A stretch of 64,000 nt of DNA from Marsupella aquatica (Eukaryota > Plantae > Marchantiophyta), in NCBI GenBank assembly GCA_973895155.1, contig OZ316892.1:21515619-21579618 (forward strand). The letters are read 5' to 3'. Positions 23,977-34,898 of the stretch are shown in pieces. The notes beneath the pieces are model-generated. The model had not been told where the DNA came from, searched no databases, and saw nothing but the letters and a program-made list of their open reading frames with translations. Positions within the stretch are counted from its first letter, which is position 1. Each line of letters starts with the position of its first letter. The position numbers and the translations under genes were made by a program.

Positions 23977-25275
23977 TTACTCATCATTTAAGGCTTCTTG
24001 TTTATGCTCAAGCTCATTCTTCTTCTTACTCCTTTCCAACTGCTGTTTGAGTTTAGATACCTTCTTCTTGAGGAACTCATTCTCCTTCTCCAACTTCCTC
24101 TTATCTGTGGCATCACTCATGGTGGAGATCTTTTCAAGAATCTGCCCTGGTTTCACTCCTAACGTCTGAGAAATGTCAGTGATGGCCTTCTCCATCACAG
24201 TGGTCTTCCTCTTCACCTTCTGGAATGTGTCTGAGATGATCTGGAAATCAGCTAGGGTGTCTAGGGAGGCATGGCCGGGTGCATCCGGAAATTCAGCTGG
24301 GTCGACGAAGTCCGGGTTGAGGTTCCGGGCAGTAGACCGGGTCTTTCAAGGATTTGTCTCTGCTGGTTCCTCATCCTCACTGTCATCAGAGGTGGCCTAG
24401 GTGATATCTGGATCTGCCTCTCCATACTTTATGAAGTTGAACTTGGCCAATAGTAATTTCTTCTCCTCTCTGAACAAGACTCCTTCAAAGCTATATAGAT
24501 GTACCAGGTAGCAGGAGAGGGGAGTAGGACTCTTATTGGACAGGTTCTGTACCAACTTCCTTATCAAATCAAAGATAAGCTTAGCCCAGTTGACTTTTCT
24601 TTCTCCCTTGTAAGCAGCAACAATGGTAGAGCCAACTCCAACAGTAACTCTTCGTGGCTTCTCAGGATATAGCAGGGGTAGCAGGAAGCTGAAGACTCGT
24701 TTCAAATCAGGATCCAAACACTTAGAAACATTGAACCCGTCCTTACTATTGATGGCTCCTTTGAAGTAAGGGAGGATTAGATTGACAGCTCTCCCCACTG
24801 GACCTTCTCCTTCATCTTCCAATACAAAAGCTCCTGCAACCATCATCTGAGTCCATCGCTCAGGTCGGCCTCTGGAGGTATCCTTAAACTCAGCCGGACA
24901 CTCCTTGGATCGGATCTCTCTGATCATATCTTCGCTCTGATAACTCCAGGGTAGCTCCATCAGAGACTCACAGCCCATCCTGAGCAAAGACTCCCTCAAT
25001 TTGACCTTCTCAGCTTCATTGTCCGGAATAGCTGGCCTCAGAATTTTCATGGCAATGGGGACCTCCTTTCTCTTTGATCGTCTCACAGGGGCTTTAACCG
25101 GAGTGGGTGCAGGTGATGTTGAGGTTGAATGCCCCTTAGAAACGCGAGAAGTGGATATTCTGGCTGGATCCGCCCCTTGCTCCATAGGATTTCTGGAAGT
25201 AGCAAATTGATTTTTGATAAATGGTTTGCCTTCTCTACGGCAAGCTCCACAATGATGCGGCTTCAGAATGTTCAA
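23977..25275 (-). pseudogene. Plant transposon-associated protein (Transposase_32/PMD-like) with coiled-coil tail; two internal stops
   Basis: ORFs 24397-25275 and 23977-24216 share a frame across TAG and TGA. LMELPW...KVNWAKLIF...LSCYLVHLY parallels LASLP*...RKWASYF...FASHIEIIL in the ORF at 55974-58622. Confidence 0.55.
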
Positions 25276-26053
25276 TCTCTTCGGTGTCGACCACTGGTAG
25301 AAATGTCCGGGTCGACCTGGCCGCAGCGTTTCTGATCAACTGACGAGCTTTTCTGGAACAGTGTATCAAGATTCCGTCAACCAAAATACAGGTGCATCGA
25401 ACTTGGGGAAAAGCTAGACTCAATCGGGCCTGCAATGGTGATGTCCGGATCGACCTGGCCTCCCTTCTCACAACCGATGTATCCACAATCAGGATCTTAA
25501 ACTTTTTGCCTTCACTTCCAGCGGTGGAGTAGGCATTCCCCTCACAACGAATCAGTCAGTACCCTCATATCTAGGCTCTCATCATGCAATGCAAGATTGG
25601 TCCTATAATCCGGACCCAAGATCCTCTACCAAAAGGGTAGAGCCTCCTCACTCTACTACTTAAACAGCCTAATGCGCTTGGGAGCTCAAAACCTATTAAG
25701 TTCGGCTTTGAGAGGTGTGAGAGGCCGGATCGACTCTCCTTCCTTATATCCGGATTCTGCTGTGGTCGTGCCTGTGTTTGACTTATGGTTTTAAAAACTT
25801 TGGCAATGGACAGCTATTGTTCATAAGAGTCATGGTATAAGCTTTTATATCTCATCATGGCTTATAGTAAAAAGTTCCGGGTCGATCATCCTTCTCTAAT
25901 ATCAATCCGGGTTGACCTCAGATGGGCTTGAAAGTCTCATACCACTTCAAAGTAGTCTTCAGGTCCCTCTTCAGCCTCATTTGAGATCTTAAACATAAAA
26001 ATTCTAAAATTTATGATTAGTTAACCCTTCTTTCATAAACATCCTTATCTCAC

Positions 26054-28841
26054 ATTCACCGTCTGCAGTATTGGTATATAGGATGTTCAATAAAGATCAT
26101 GCCATGGAGGTCGCAAAATCCATGGTTAGAAACCCTGGAATGGTACTAGCTGTGGCGGATTTAATTCTGTATTCAAGAGAGAGTTTGCAGTTGCTCCATT
26201 ATGAGAATACTCCTGAGGATCGAAAGGAGTTTGAGTGGGGTGTTAAGAATAAGAAGGTGCAGTTCCTTGCAATTAGTGGACAACACTCGGTAAAGGCAGC
26301 TGTTTGGATCATAGGTTGGGCTAAGAGCGATGCAAAGTTGAAGGAGGTCGCGAAGAGTCTACAATATCGAAAGTCACAAATTCTTTCGGACAAAACTCCA
26401 AGAACAATACTTGCTCAACACTCACAAAGGGCAAATGCTGTTAATAAGACCATGGAGTATGAGTCCTATTTTCTTGATACTATGGTCCATGCCCGTTGAC
26501 AGTTTGACGAGTGTGGCCGTCCTGAGAGACCCGTGATTGGGTCCAATAGACTAACAAATTATCAAAAGTTCGAACTCAAATCCATTTCTAGCTCGAGATT
26601 GTCTCAAGCCTCGAGGTCAAGTTTCTGTATTTGATTTATCTTCGTGTATTCTCCCATAAATTTCAACATAGTTCCTTAATTCTACCTCAAGATCGTCTCA
26701 AGCCTCAGATTTTCTTTGTACTGTTTGGATCAGGATTGTATGGCCTTGGCCAAAATAACGACTGGAAAATCCGATCTGAAGAAATATTTTTTGGTTGCTG
26801 TTTTTGGAAGAGAACCTCTTCCAAACTTGGAGACAAATGTGCATCGATTGGGTCAAGGGACTTCTTCCGGATGGTCTAGGGGAGTTAGGTTCAAGAATAA
26901 ATGGGAAATCCCGGACAACAAAAATGATTACGCCGGCATTGTTTAGATGCTTTGAAGGAGACCTGAGTAGTGACAACATTCTGAAAGTTTTTACTGCCGT
27001 TCAACAATAGAAGGTTTTATTGAAGAAAGACCCAGCCAACAAATTTGATGTTCAATCAATGAGTGATATGGCTCATACTTTTAAAGTCATGACGAAGCTG
27101 AGGGCAAAAATTGTGGAGTACTTCATTTTGAAGTATCCGGATCGGTTTGCCAATTCACTCACTTGGTTTGAGCTAACTCAATTTTTGCCTGCATTTATGG
27201 ATCGTGGTGAGTTGCCTAAACTTAGACAACTTGTTGGAGAGGTTTGGATTTCCAACCTCCTAAAAAGAAATAGGCCAAAAGACCCATTTCCGCAAAGTCT
27301 CATTGTTAGGCTTGAGCAGATATATTGCAAGGTATTTGGCGGGATGCCTTCAATGGAGGATACTCCTTATTGCACATTTTTTAGCGATAATTTGATGAGG
27401 ACAATGAAGCCTGAGATTGTTGACTCGGTGCAAAGGACGTGCCCACTTTCCATTGTCGATTTTGGTCATCTTCGATAACGGCAGTGGACAGATGCCAATT
27501 TTTTTGTCTTGTTGGAGTATTGTTTGTAGATGGCGAACTCGACGGAGCTCTTGGTAATCTTTTTTGTCCGTCAAGGCCCATTGATAGGCCAGATTCAGAG
27601 TGCCTTTGAAAAGATTTTTCGTGAGAAGAAAGTCCACACGAAGCTGGAGTACGGGAGCTACTACCGTGATCAGCTGCCCAAGGAGGAGGGAGATTTTCTC
27701 ATTGGAGCCCGAGACTCAATCATCTTTGGGGGAATTTATTGTCAAGAGGAACCAGACTGGTCCCAAATTTTCTTTGATGACTTTTATGCATTTTGGAACT
27801 ACACTGAGAAATGGGACAGACTTCACAGTCTTGCCTTTGAAGGCCCCTACTGGGAACAACAAAGACCAATCAAAGGGGAAAGATAAGCTCGATGAATCCA
27901 CTGTTGATGTCAAAGTTTTGGAGAAGATGGCCCCATCTTATGAGATGGTCGGTCGGTGGGGTGGCTTTGTAAATCCGAGAGCAAAGCCTTTGCGAATGAC
28001 AAAGCATCTTGTTGATTATTTCTCGTGCCCAGGTCAGACAGTGTTGGATTTCTTCTTTGGAGGACAGACATTGAAAGCTTGTGTCATTCTTGGTCGGGAT
28101 TGTTTTGTGTATTTGGACACAGCTCAAGAGATGGAATTCACAGAAGCCTTTGCTCAGCTCCTTCATGACAACAAGCAGGTTTTATATGTGCCACCCAAAG
28201 AGCCGTTAGCATCTGAGGAAATTACTGCCGGTCCCCTCGTTCTTATAGAAGAGACGGCCTTAGACATAGCTCCGGTGGAAGCCAGTGTTTATGAGGAAGT
28301 ATTTGAAGAGAATTTAGAGCATTGCAAAACGGAGGGCCCAAAAATCACAAGCTACGTGGAAGAGGAGGGTGAAATAATGCCTGAATTTGGAAATGATGCT
28401 CGAGATGATCTTGATGTTCCAGGTGTTTCTTCATCGGGTGGCCTTGGGGATGCACAACGTGAACAACAGTCTTCAACCTTGGATGTTGGCTGGGAGTCCA
28501 CCTTGTAGGATGCAGTTAGCCAACCAATTCCAAGCCCTCCTCAACTGGATGAGATTTTCTCTACTAAGAAAGCTAGTGGCTGCCATACTCCCCCTCAAGA
28601 CGAGGCAGGTGCATCATCCCCTCCCTTGGACCAAATGTTTTGCGCTTCAGAGAATAAGCTTGTTTTCACAGATTCTTCTACTGGAAGCCCCGTAATTCTC
28701 CCTTTTGTTAGGAAACCGGGGACTGAAATCGGTAGAACTGGTTACAAATCACTCAAAGCAAGTGCTACTCATTATGTTTGGACTGATGGACCGTCAAAAG
28801 GTCAACAAGTCTCTATAGAGCAATCTGAGAAGATTATTTGA
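26054..28841 (+). pseudogene. 3' half of the element B cargo gene: ParB-like domain and degenerate amino-methyltransferase
   Basis: FLAISGQHSVKAA corresponds to YYVIGGNHSACA of gene A. FVNPRAKPLRMTKHLVDYFSCPGQTVLDFFFGG...LGRDC corresponds to VNVYQKPRALL...VLDICSGSG...MGRHC. Several stops and frameshifts. Confidence 0.75.
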
Positions 28842-29262
28842 TCTAGAAAGTATAGGAAGGATAAGTTCAAATTAGTGTCAGTTTGGTCTGAGCCAGCTCT
28901 TGTTGAGACCCTTCTTGGAGGGATAAATTTGGACATCCAAAACCAACTAGGAGATAACCTTCTAGATGAATTTGGGTCTTTCAGCATGTGAGGTTGAAAC
29001 CCAAGTAAGTTTGAACAGTCCTGAAATTCAGCCGTCTAAATTATTATGTCTATCTTCACAAAAATAGGCGGGCCCTTACCAGTTGTGGAGTGCGTCGATA
29101 ATAATCTCCGAAGATGTCCTGAGATTTCTTCAACTACTGACCTTCAACCAACAATAGGTATGATGTTGACTGTTGTTCATTCACTTGTGATGCTTGAGAT
29201 CGTCTCGAGCATTCCTTTGTTTTATCTCCCACAATTCTAACATTGGTGTTCCTTCTTTGCAG

Positions 29263-30023
29263 GACCCTTGCCTCCACTTCACGGTCCGATCAGACGGAAG
29301 CTATTGATTCTTGACCTCAACAAAATGTACTGGGATTCTGTCAAAACGCCAAGTTCCGGACCGCGTCGTAGTGCAACAAGTGTCAAGGGTGTCCACTGGG
29401 GGAGACGTGGAGGGTTTAACTTTATGTATGTTGAGCGACCCCATCTTCACGAGTTCTTAATCGCAGCTTTTTTGTTATTTGATGTTGCCATTTGGACTTG
29501 TGCAAGGAAACCCAGGACAGATGAAATGATTCATTTGATCTTCAGTCAAGAAGAGCGAGAGCAATTCAAGTTTATTCCCACACAAGAAGATACATTCGAT
29601 ACTGGAATCCAGAGGCCTGACATTACCGATGTGAAGGAAAATATTCATTTGAAGGATTTGAGGGTTGTTTGGAAACATTATGGTGGATTATATGACGAAA
29701 CTCATACACTCTTTCTTGATGACACTCCAATGAAGGCGTTTGCAAATCCAGAGAATTGTGGGTTGTTTCCTTCCTCATTTTTGCATCACTCCACGGATGA
29801 TACATTCTTTCCAGAAATACTGTGGCCTCTGCTCAGAAAATTGTATCATGCCTTCAATCTTCAGCACTACCTTTTTATCAATCATCCAAAGTGGTCTATG
29901 ATAAATGTTTTATCGGACAGAGATCAATAGGCTTCCATTTATGCGTTGTTGACGGAGCGGTGGGATAGTATGGTATGGGTTCATTCGGTTATCCATACAG
30001 TCTTGGATGTCACAGTGGACGAA
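29263..30023 (+). pseudogene. FCP1/NIF-type HAD phosphatase domain exon, cut by an LTR insertion at 30024
   Basis: RKLLILDLN...ERPHLHEFL...FDVAIWT...KDLRVVW...YDETHTLFLDDTPMKAFANPENC. Acceptor at 29262; the frame continues past TAG 29928 to 30023. Confidence 0.85.
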
Positions 30024-32890
30024 TGTCAAACACTTGTCAAGGAGCTTAAGCGGCTTTTCTCCCCAAAAGACTACCTAATACCTGCTCCATATCATACCAG
30101 GGTCACAAAGGATTGACAAAACTTCTGAAATGTGCCTCCAATGTCTAATCACTCCATACATAAGTAGTTTCAACTCTCCACTTCTAGAGAGGTAGTCCCC
30201 TTGACTACTTTTGTACTCACACCCTTCCCCTCTCCTCTACTCCAAGGATCAGCAAGGGGGATCTCTGCTCCAAGCTGTCACCTTAGAGTAGATTCTCACA
30301 CAAACACCCAAGAACCAAAGTACTTTCCTCTTCAAGCTTAAATCTCCTCAAGACCCTCAAAGTAGTGTTACCCCTCAACCTTGCCCCCTGGCCTTGGTTT
30401 GGGTCCACACATCCCCCTTTGAGCTCGAGAGAAGGCTCCTCTATCTGTAAAGGACTCTTCCTCTTGTTCTTACTTTTTGTTAACACCACACACCAAGCAA
30501 AATACTTTCCATCCTCAAGCTATAATCCTTTCTAAGTCTCAAAGTAGTGCTCTACCTTAACCTTGCCTCCTTGGCCTTGGTTTTGTACTAGCACATCCCC
30601 TTCAAGCTTAGACCAAGATTACATCATAGCATGGACTCTTCTCTTGCTCTCATATACTTCAAATGCACTCACACTTAATGGTCACAATGAAGATTGGCAA
30701 GTCTCCTTTTATTGCATCACCTTTACAACAAAAGTTCACTACACATTCTCTACACTAAGCATGGACCACCTCTCCCTTCTCAAGCTTAGCCCTACCTTGG
30801 CAAGCTAGGTAGAGATTCCACTTAAGAGATGAGACTCCCGGTCCCTAACAAATGAAAACTTACTCCTTATACACTATTCTCCTTCCACACCACACCAAGC
30901 TTGACCTGGGGTCCAACTACTCCTCCCCCAAGTCCTCCTAACACACAAAGTCCAACTCTATAGTTCGTAGCCCACCCTACAACCTATTGTTTGGACTCCT
31001 TCCCAGCCCTGGAATATGCCACACATGAGTTGCATGCTTTGACCTCCAAACCTGCTTCCACTTATGGTTCTCCTCACCAGCTTCCCAACCCACTTGAAAT
31101 CTCGCAAAAAGAGTGAGTGAGTCTCAAGTTATGCCTAGTCAAAGATGGCATTATTTTACTAACTACCCTAAGTAAACTACCCCCTATACTTACTTTTCTT
31201 AACATGATGACCTTACACCTTAGAACAAAGGTAAGTACCCTTCCCTAGAGCCTAACTAAAGTAGTATGGGTGCAAGAAAGGTCAGCCCCTAAATCTGGTA
31301 TTCATTTCCCTATGCCGACTTTGGTTTGCAAGCTATCGGGAACCCCTCGTGGCCTCGGCTAAAAATATATTTGAGTGATTCTTTTTCCAGGTTTCCACCT
31401 TCACCAAGGGGTGCCTTACCTTCCCCTAACTCAGCACAAAAATATTTGGGCCCCAACGGATACTCCTAGCCAAAGTTATGCCCATTCTCCCAAGGCCTGT
31501 TTTTGGTGTAAAGCGGGTGTAAGCGGCGACCCGATTACTTATTTTACACGCCCCTTATGGAGATTCCAGGTGTCACCAGGGGAGAGTACTCTCATTATAC
31601 TCACATTTCTTATGAAGAATTTGATAAGGACATCAATTTTCGTAGCCATTTTCCTCTCTCTTGAATTCAATCTGAAATTGCATCATTCTCTGTTGGATTT
31701 GAATGGCAGCAGGTCAATCTACAGCTCAACCAGTGCAGCACCCTTCTCAGTCCACCTCCATAGCCATCCAGCCTTGCAAGTGATTCAAAATCGCAGCAGA
31801 ATTTTGCAGCAGCCATAGCCCACCAATTCGCAGCTAGCCCTCTTAATTCCTTCCTTGCTGGTCCGTTTGCTACTACATTCAATCAATTTTCTAGAAAGCC
31901 TAGCTCTATTCTCCAGCAGCCGGCCATAGCTCACCCTTCTCAACTTCGTAGCTAGCAGAGCAGCAACACTATTGAGCTTGCAGCATACTTACTAATCAGC
32001 CAACACTCAACATCTCGTGCTTGAAGCTAGCCCTTGTAATTCTGGTGCAACAGTAAGTCTGATCAGTTGCCAGCCCTTCAATTTCATAGCCCACCATAGC
32101 TCACAGCCAGCCAACCAGCTCTTGATCAGCAGCAGCCTATTTCTCCATAGCAAGCAGCTCTATTCCAATCAGCAGCATCGAGGTAGCCAGCCAATTTTGA
32201 TCAGCATCCCATGCCTGAAGCTATAGCAGCTCAATTCAATTTCATAGCTGCCTCTTGATCCCAATTCGAAGCAAGCATCTTATGTATTGATCCTTATGGT
32301 GTTCCTCACCTCGTGCTTGAGTCACACCGGCCTCGTGCTTAAGTCGTGGTTGCCGCCGACGCGGTTGACACTTAGAAAAAACTTCGGATTTTTTTGTTGG
32401 GAAAACAGTATTTCCAGGCCATTTTGGACCGCCCCCAAAAATCACACATGAGTCCGAAATGACTTCTGAGTATATATACATATTCTCTGGATATAGGCCT
32501 ATGTCTTGGTTTACTAATATCTAGACAAAACCTTATCACCAATTTTCTAAAATTAGGTAAAATGGGTTAATTATTATGTTTTCCAAAATTCTTCTCACCT
32601 TTGAGATGCTCCCAAAAAGTAACCAAAGATACCCAGCTTCTACCACAAGTTCCTAGGGATATAGTGGACCATATTTAACCCACTTCCAAACTTGGAACTC
32701 CTAAATTTACTCATCAGCTATTTTTCCTGGGACCCGCTATTTTGTTAATTTAAGTCACACCAAAACACAAGGAAACCCTAGGTTGAGACCCCACTTGACA
32801 TCTAACTTTTTAGGGGTGCTCTAGGGACCTCCTAGCATCTATAGGAAAAATATGAACCAAAACTAAGACTTCAAGTGTTGGGTTGTTTCT
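30024..32890 (+). mobile_element. Long LTR-like insertion (probable solo LTR)
   Basis: Starts TGTCAAACAC abruptly within a coding frame. The first about 740 bp recur inverted at 34150-34898. Low-complexity CAGC-rich interior. The right end near gggttgtttc (about 32890) is uncertain. Confidence 0.55.
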
Positions 32891-33173
32891 CCGTCTCGAA
32901 ATAGTCGCCTCTTCTAAATAAGGACGGAACGTTGTATGCCCCATCATAAAGACCTTTCTTATCCCTTGTCACTTGCTTAGAACTCAGTAACCTTCCATTC
33001 CACTATCTTTCCTATTCTACCTACTTAAGTTCCTAAAACCTAGTTACTCCGATAGCACTTCAAACGTCTTTTTTACTATTCCTTGTTCAAAAAGCAAAAA
33101 AAATGACAAGTTTTTTACATAAACCTATATCGAGCCATTCCACAACAAAATTCCTTGGGATGTCAAGAATGAA

Positions 33174-33446
33174 GTGCAAAAATTACCACCAATAGAGGAA
33201 TTGACGGAGGAGGAGATCAACGACCTTGCAAAGATATTAATTGGAGATCAGTACATAGGACCCTATAGAGACAATCATCGGGGATTTGTTTCGGAAGTCC
33301 TGAGGTGTAGGGACCTCACCACGGAGTTCTGGAATAGAAAGCCTCTCGATTTTTGCAATCGCGATATGAAATATGACCCGTCAGGGTCTAGATTTACTTG
33401 CTCAAATGAATTCTGCGGGGTGGAGGAGCATGAGATTTGGGTCTAG
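33174..33446 (+). other. Small ORF in the right arm of element B, unknown function
   Basis: About 90-110 aa protein-like frame with acidic helix and CxxxxC near the end; bounded by element B palindromes. Confidence 0.3.
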
Positions 33447-34149
33447 ATTATCTCGACCCTACATTGAACAGTTACGATGTGAGTTGTAGATATACATATT
33501 CTTACTCGAATAAAGAGTGAAGCTATGCGTACTATCCATTTGGGTCTAGATGCTGTTGATCCTCTTTTACTTGTAGATATGTTCTCAAAAAAAGGTTATT
33601 TGGGTCTCGATCCTATACAAAGAGAATAGCTAGAGATATAGATTCAACAACAGGTCAAAATTATGTGGACTTTACATTTGGGTCGAGATAATCTCGACAT
33701 AGATTTTTACATAGTAATTGATATACATTCAACAACCGGTCAAAACCATCTAGAGCCTGCATTGGGGCAGACGTGGTCTTGACCCTGTGAAAATAGGTTT
33801 TTTACTTTTATAATACATCACTGGTTTACCTTCCCTGTTTGTGTAACTTGGTTATCACGAGTCATTTGAATTTATTATATTGTCTTATTCTATTTTTTCA
33901 CTATTTATATTTTATATAATAAGAACACTTTATTATCTTTTAATTAATAATTATTTATAATTGTTAACTGAATTATTTAATTAATAATTTGGGCATTAGA
34001 ATTATAATTTTAGACCTCAAAAAGTGTATATTTGGCCACTAAAATATATGCTTTTGGGGTACAAGTTATAGAACTTTTGGGGGTAAAATAATAAATTTGA
34101 AGGTCAACTTCTGGACTAGAAAAATTCCAGTTTTAATGAATAGGGTGAT

Positions 34150-34898
34150 GTCCATGCTTAGTGTGGAGAATGTGTAGTGAACTTTTGTTGTAAAGGTGAT
34201 GCAATAAAAGGAGACTTGCAAATCTTCATTATGACCATTAAGTGTGAGTGCATTTGAAGTATATGAGAGCATTCAAGAGAAGAGTCCATGCTATGATGTA
34301 ATCTTGGTCTAAGCTTGAAGGGGATGTGCTAGTACAAAACCAAGGCCAAGGAGGCAAGGTTAAGGTAGATCACTACTTTGAGACTTAGAGAGGATTATAG
34401 CTTGAGGGTGGAAAGTACTTTGCTTGGTGTGTGGTGTTAACAAAAAGTAAGTATGTACAAGAGGAAGAGTCCTTAGATAGAGGAGCCTTCTCTAGAGCTC
34501 AAAGAGGATGTGTGGACCCAAACCAAAGCCAGGGGGGCAAGGTTGAGGGATAACACTACTTTGAGGGTCTTGAGGAGACTTAAGCTTGAAGAGGAAAGTA
34601 CTTTGGGTTCTTGGGTGTTTGTGTGAGAATCTACTCTAAGGTGACAGCTTGGAGCGGAGACCCCCCTTGCTGATCCTTGGAGTAGAGGAAAGGGGAAGGG
34701 TGTGAGTACAAAAGTAGTCAAGGGGACTACCTCTCTAGAAGTGGAGAGTTGAAACTACTTATGTATGGAGTGATTAGACATTGTAGGCACATTTCAGAAG
34801 TTTTGTCAATCCTTTGTGACCCTGGTATAATATGGAGCAGGTATTAGGTAGTCTTTTGGGGAGAAAAGCCGCTTAAGCTCCTTGACAAGTGTTTGACA
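34150..34898 (-). mobile_element. Truncated second copy of the same LTR, inverted, abutting a copia element
   Basis: Reverse complement of 30024-30765 with scattered differences; ends ...gtttgaCA at 34898. Confidence 0.85.

Larger units (their letters stand above)
14300..26053. mobile_element. 11.75-kb composite insertion containing unit A, splitting the cargo gene of element B
   Basis: ATTC at 14296-14299 and 26054-26057 (or GATTC/CATTC with one mismatch). Removing the insert restores DIPVTSIDS-PSAVLVYRMFNKDHAMEV in frame. No convincing TIR or LTR pair seen at the ends. Confidence 0.7.
8250..34145. mobile_element. Element B: large decayed DNA transposon (transposase plus ParB-MTase-phosphatase cargo) interrupted by three later insertions
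   Basis: Divergent gene pair. The CTCGAGA-N3-TCTCGAG motif marks 9757-13280, 26592-29209 and 33441-33698 but was not seen in the insertions. An AT-rich subterminal region ends ...ttaatgaataGGG at 34145 next to a truncated LTR. The right boundary is tentative; the left part lies beyond element X. Confidence 0.55.

Noticed and set aside
30024-34898. Foldback or Mutator-like element with 740-bp TIRs
   Set aside because: Outer flanks show no TSD and belong to different hosts (NIF exon versus copia); element B palindromes continue between the arms.
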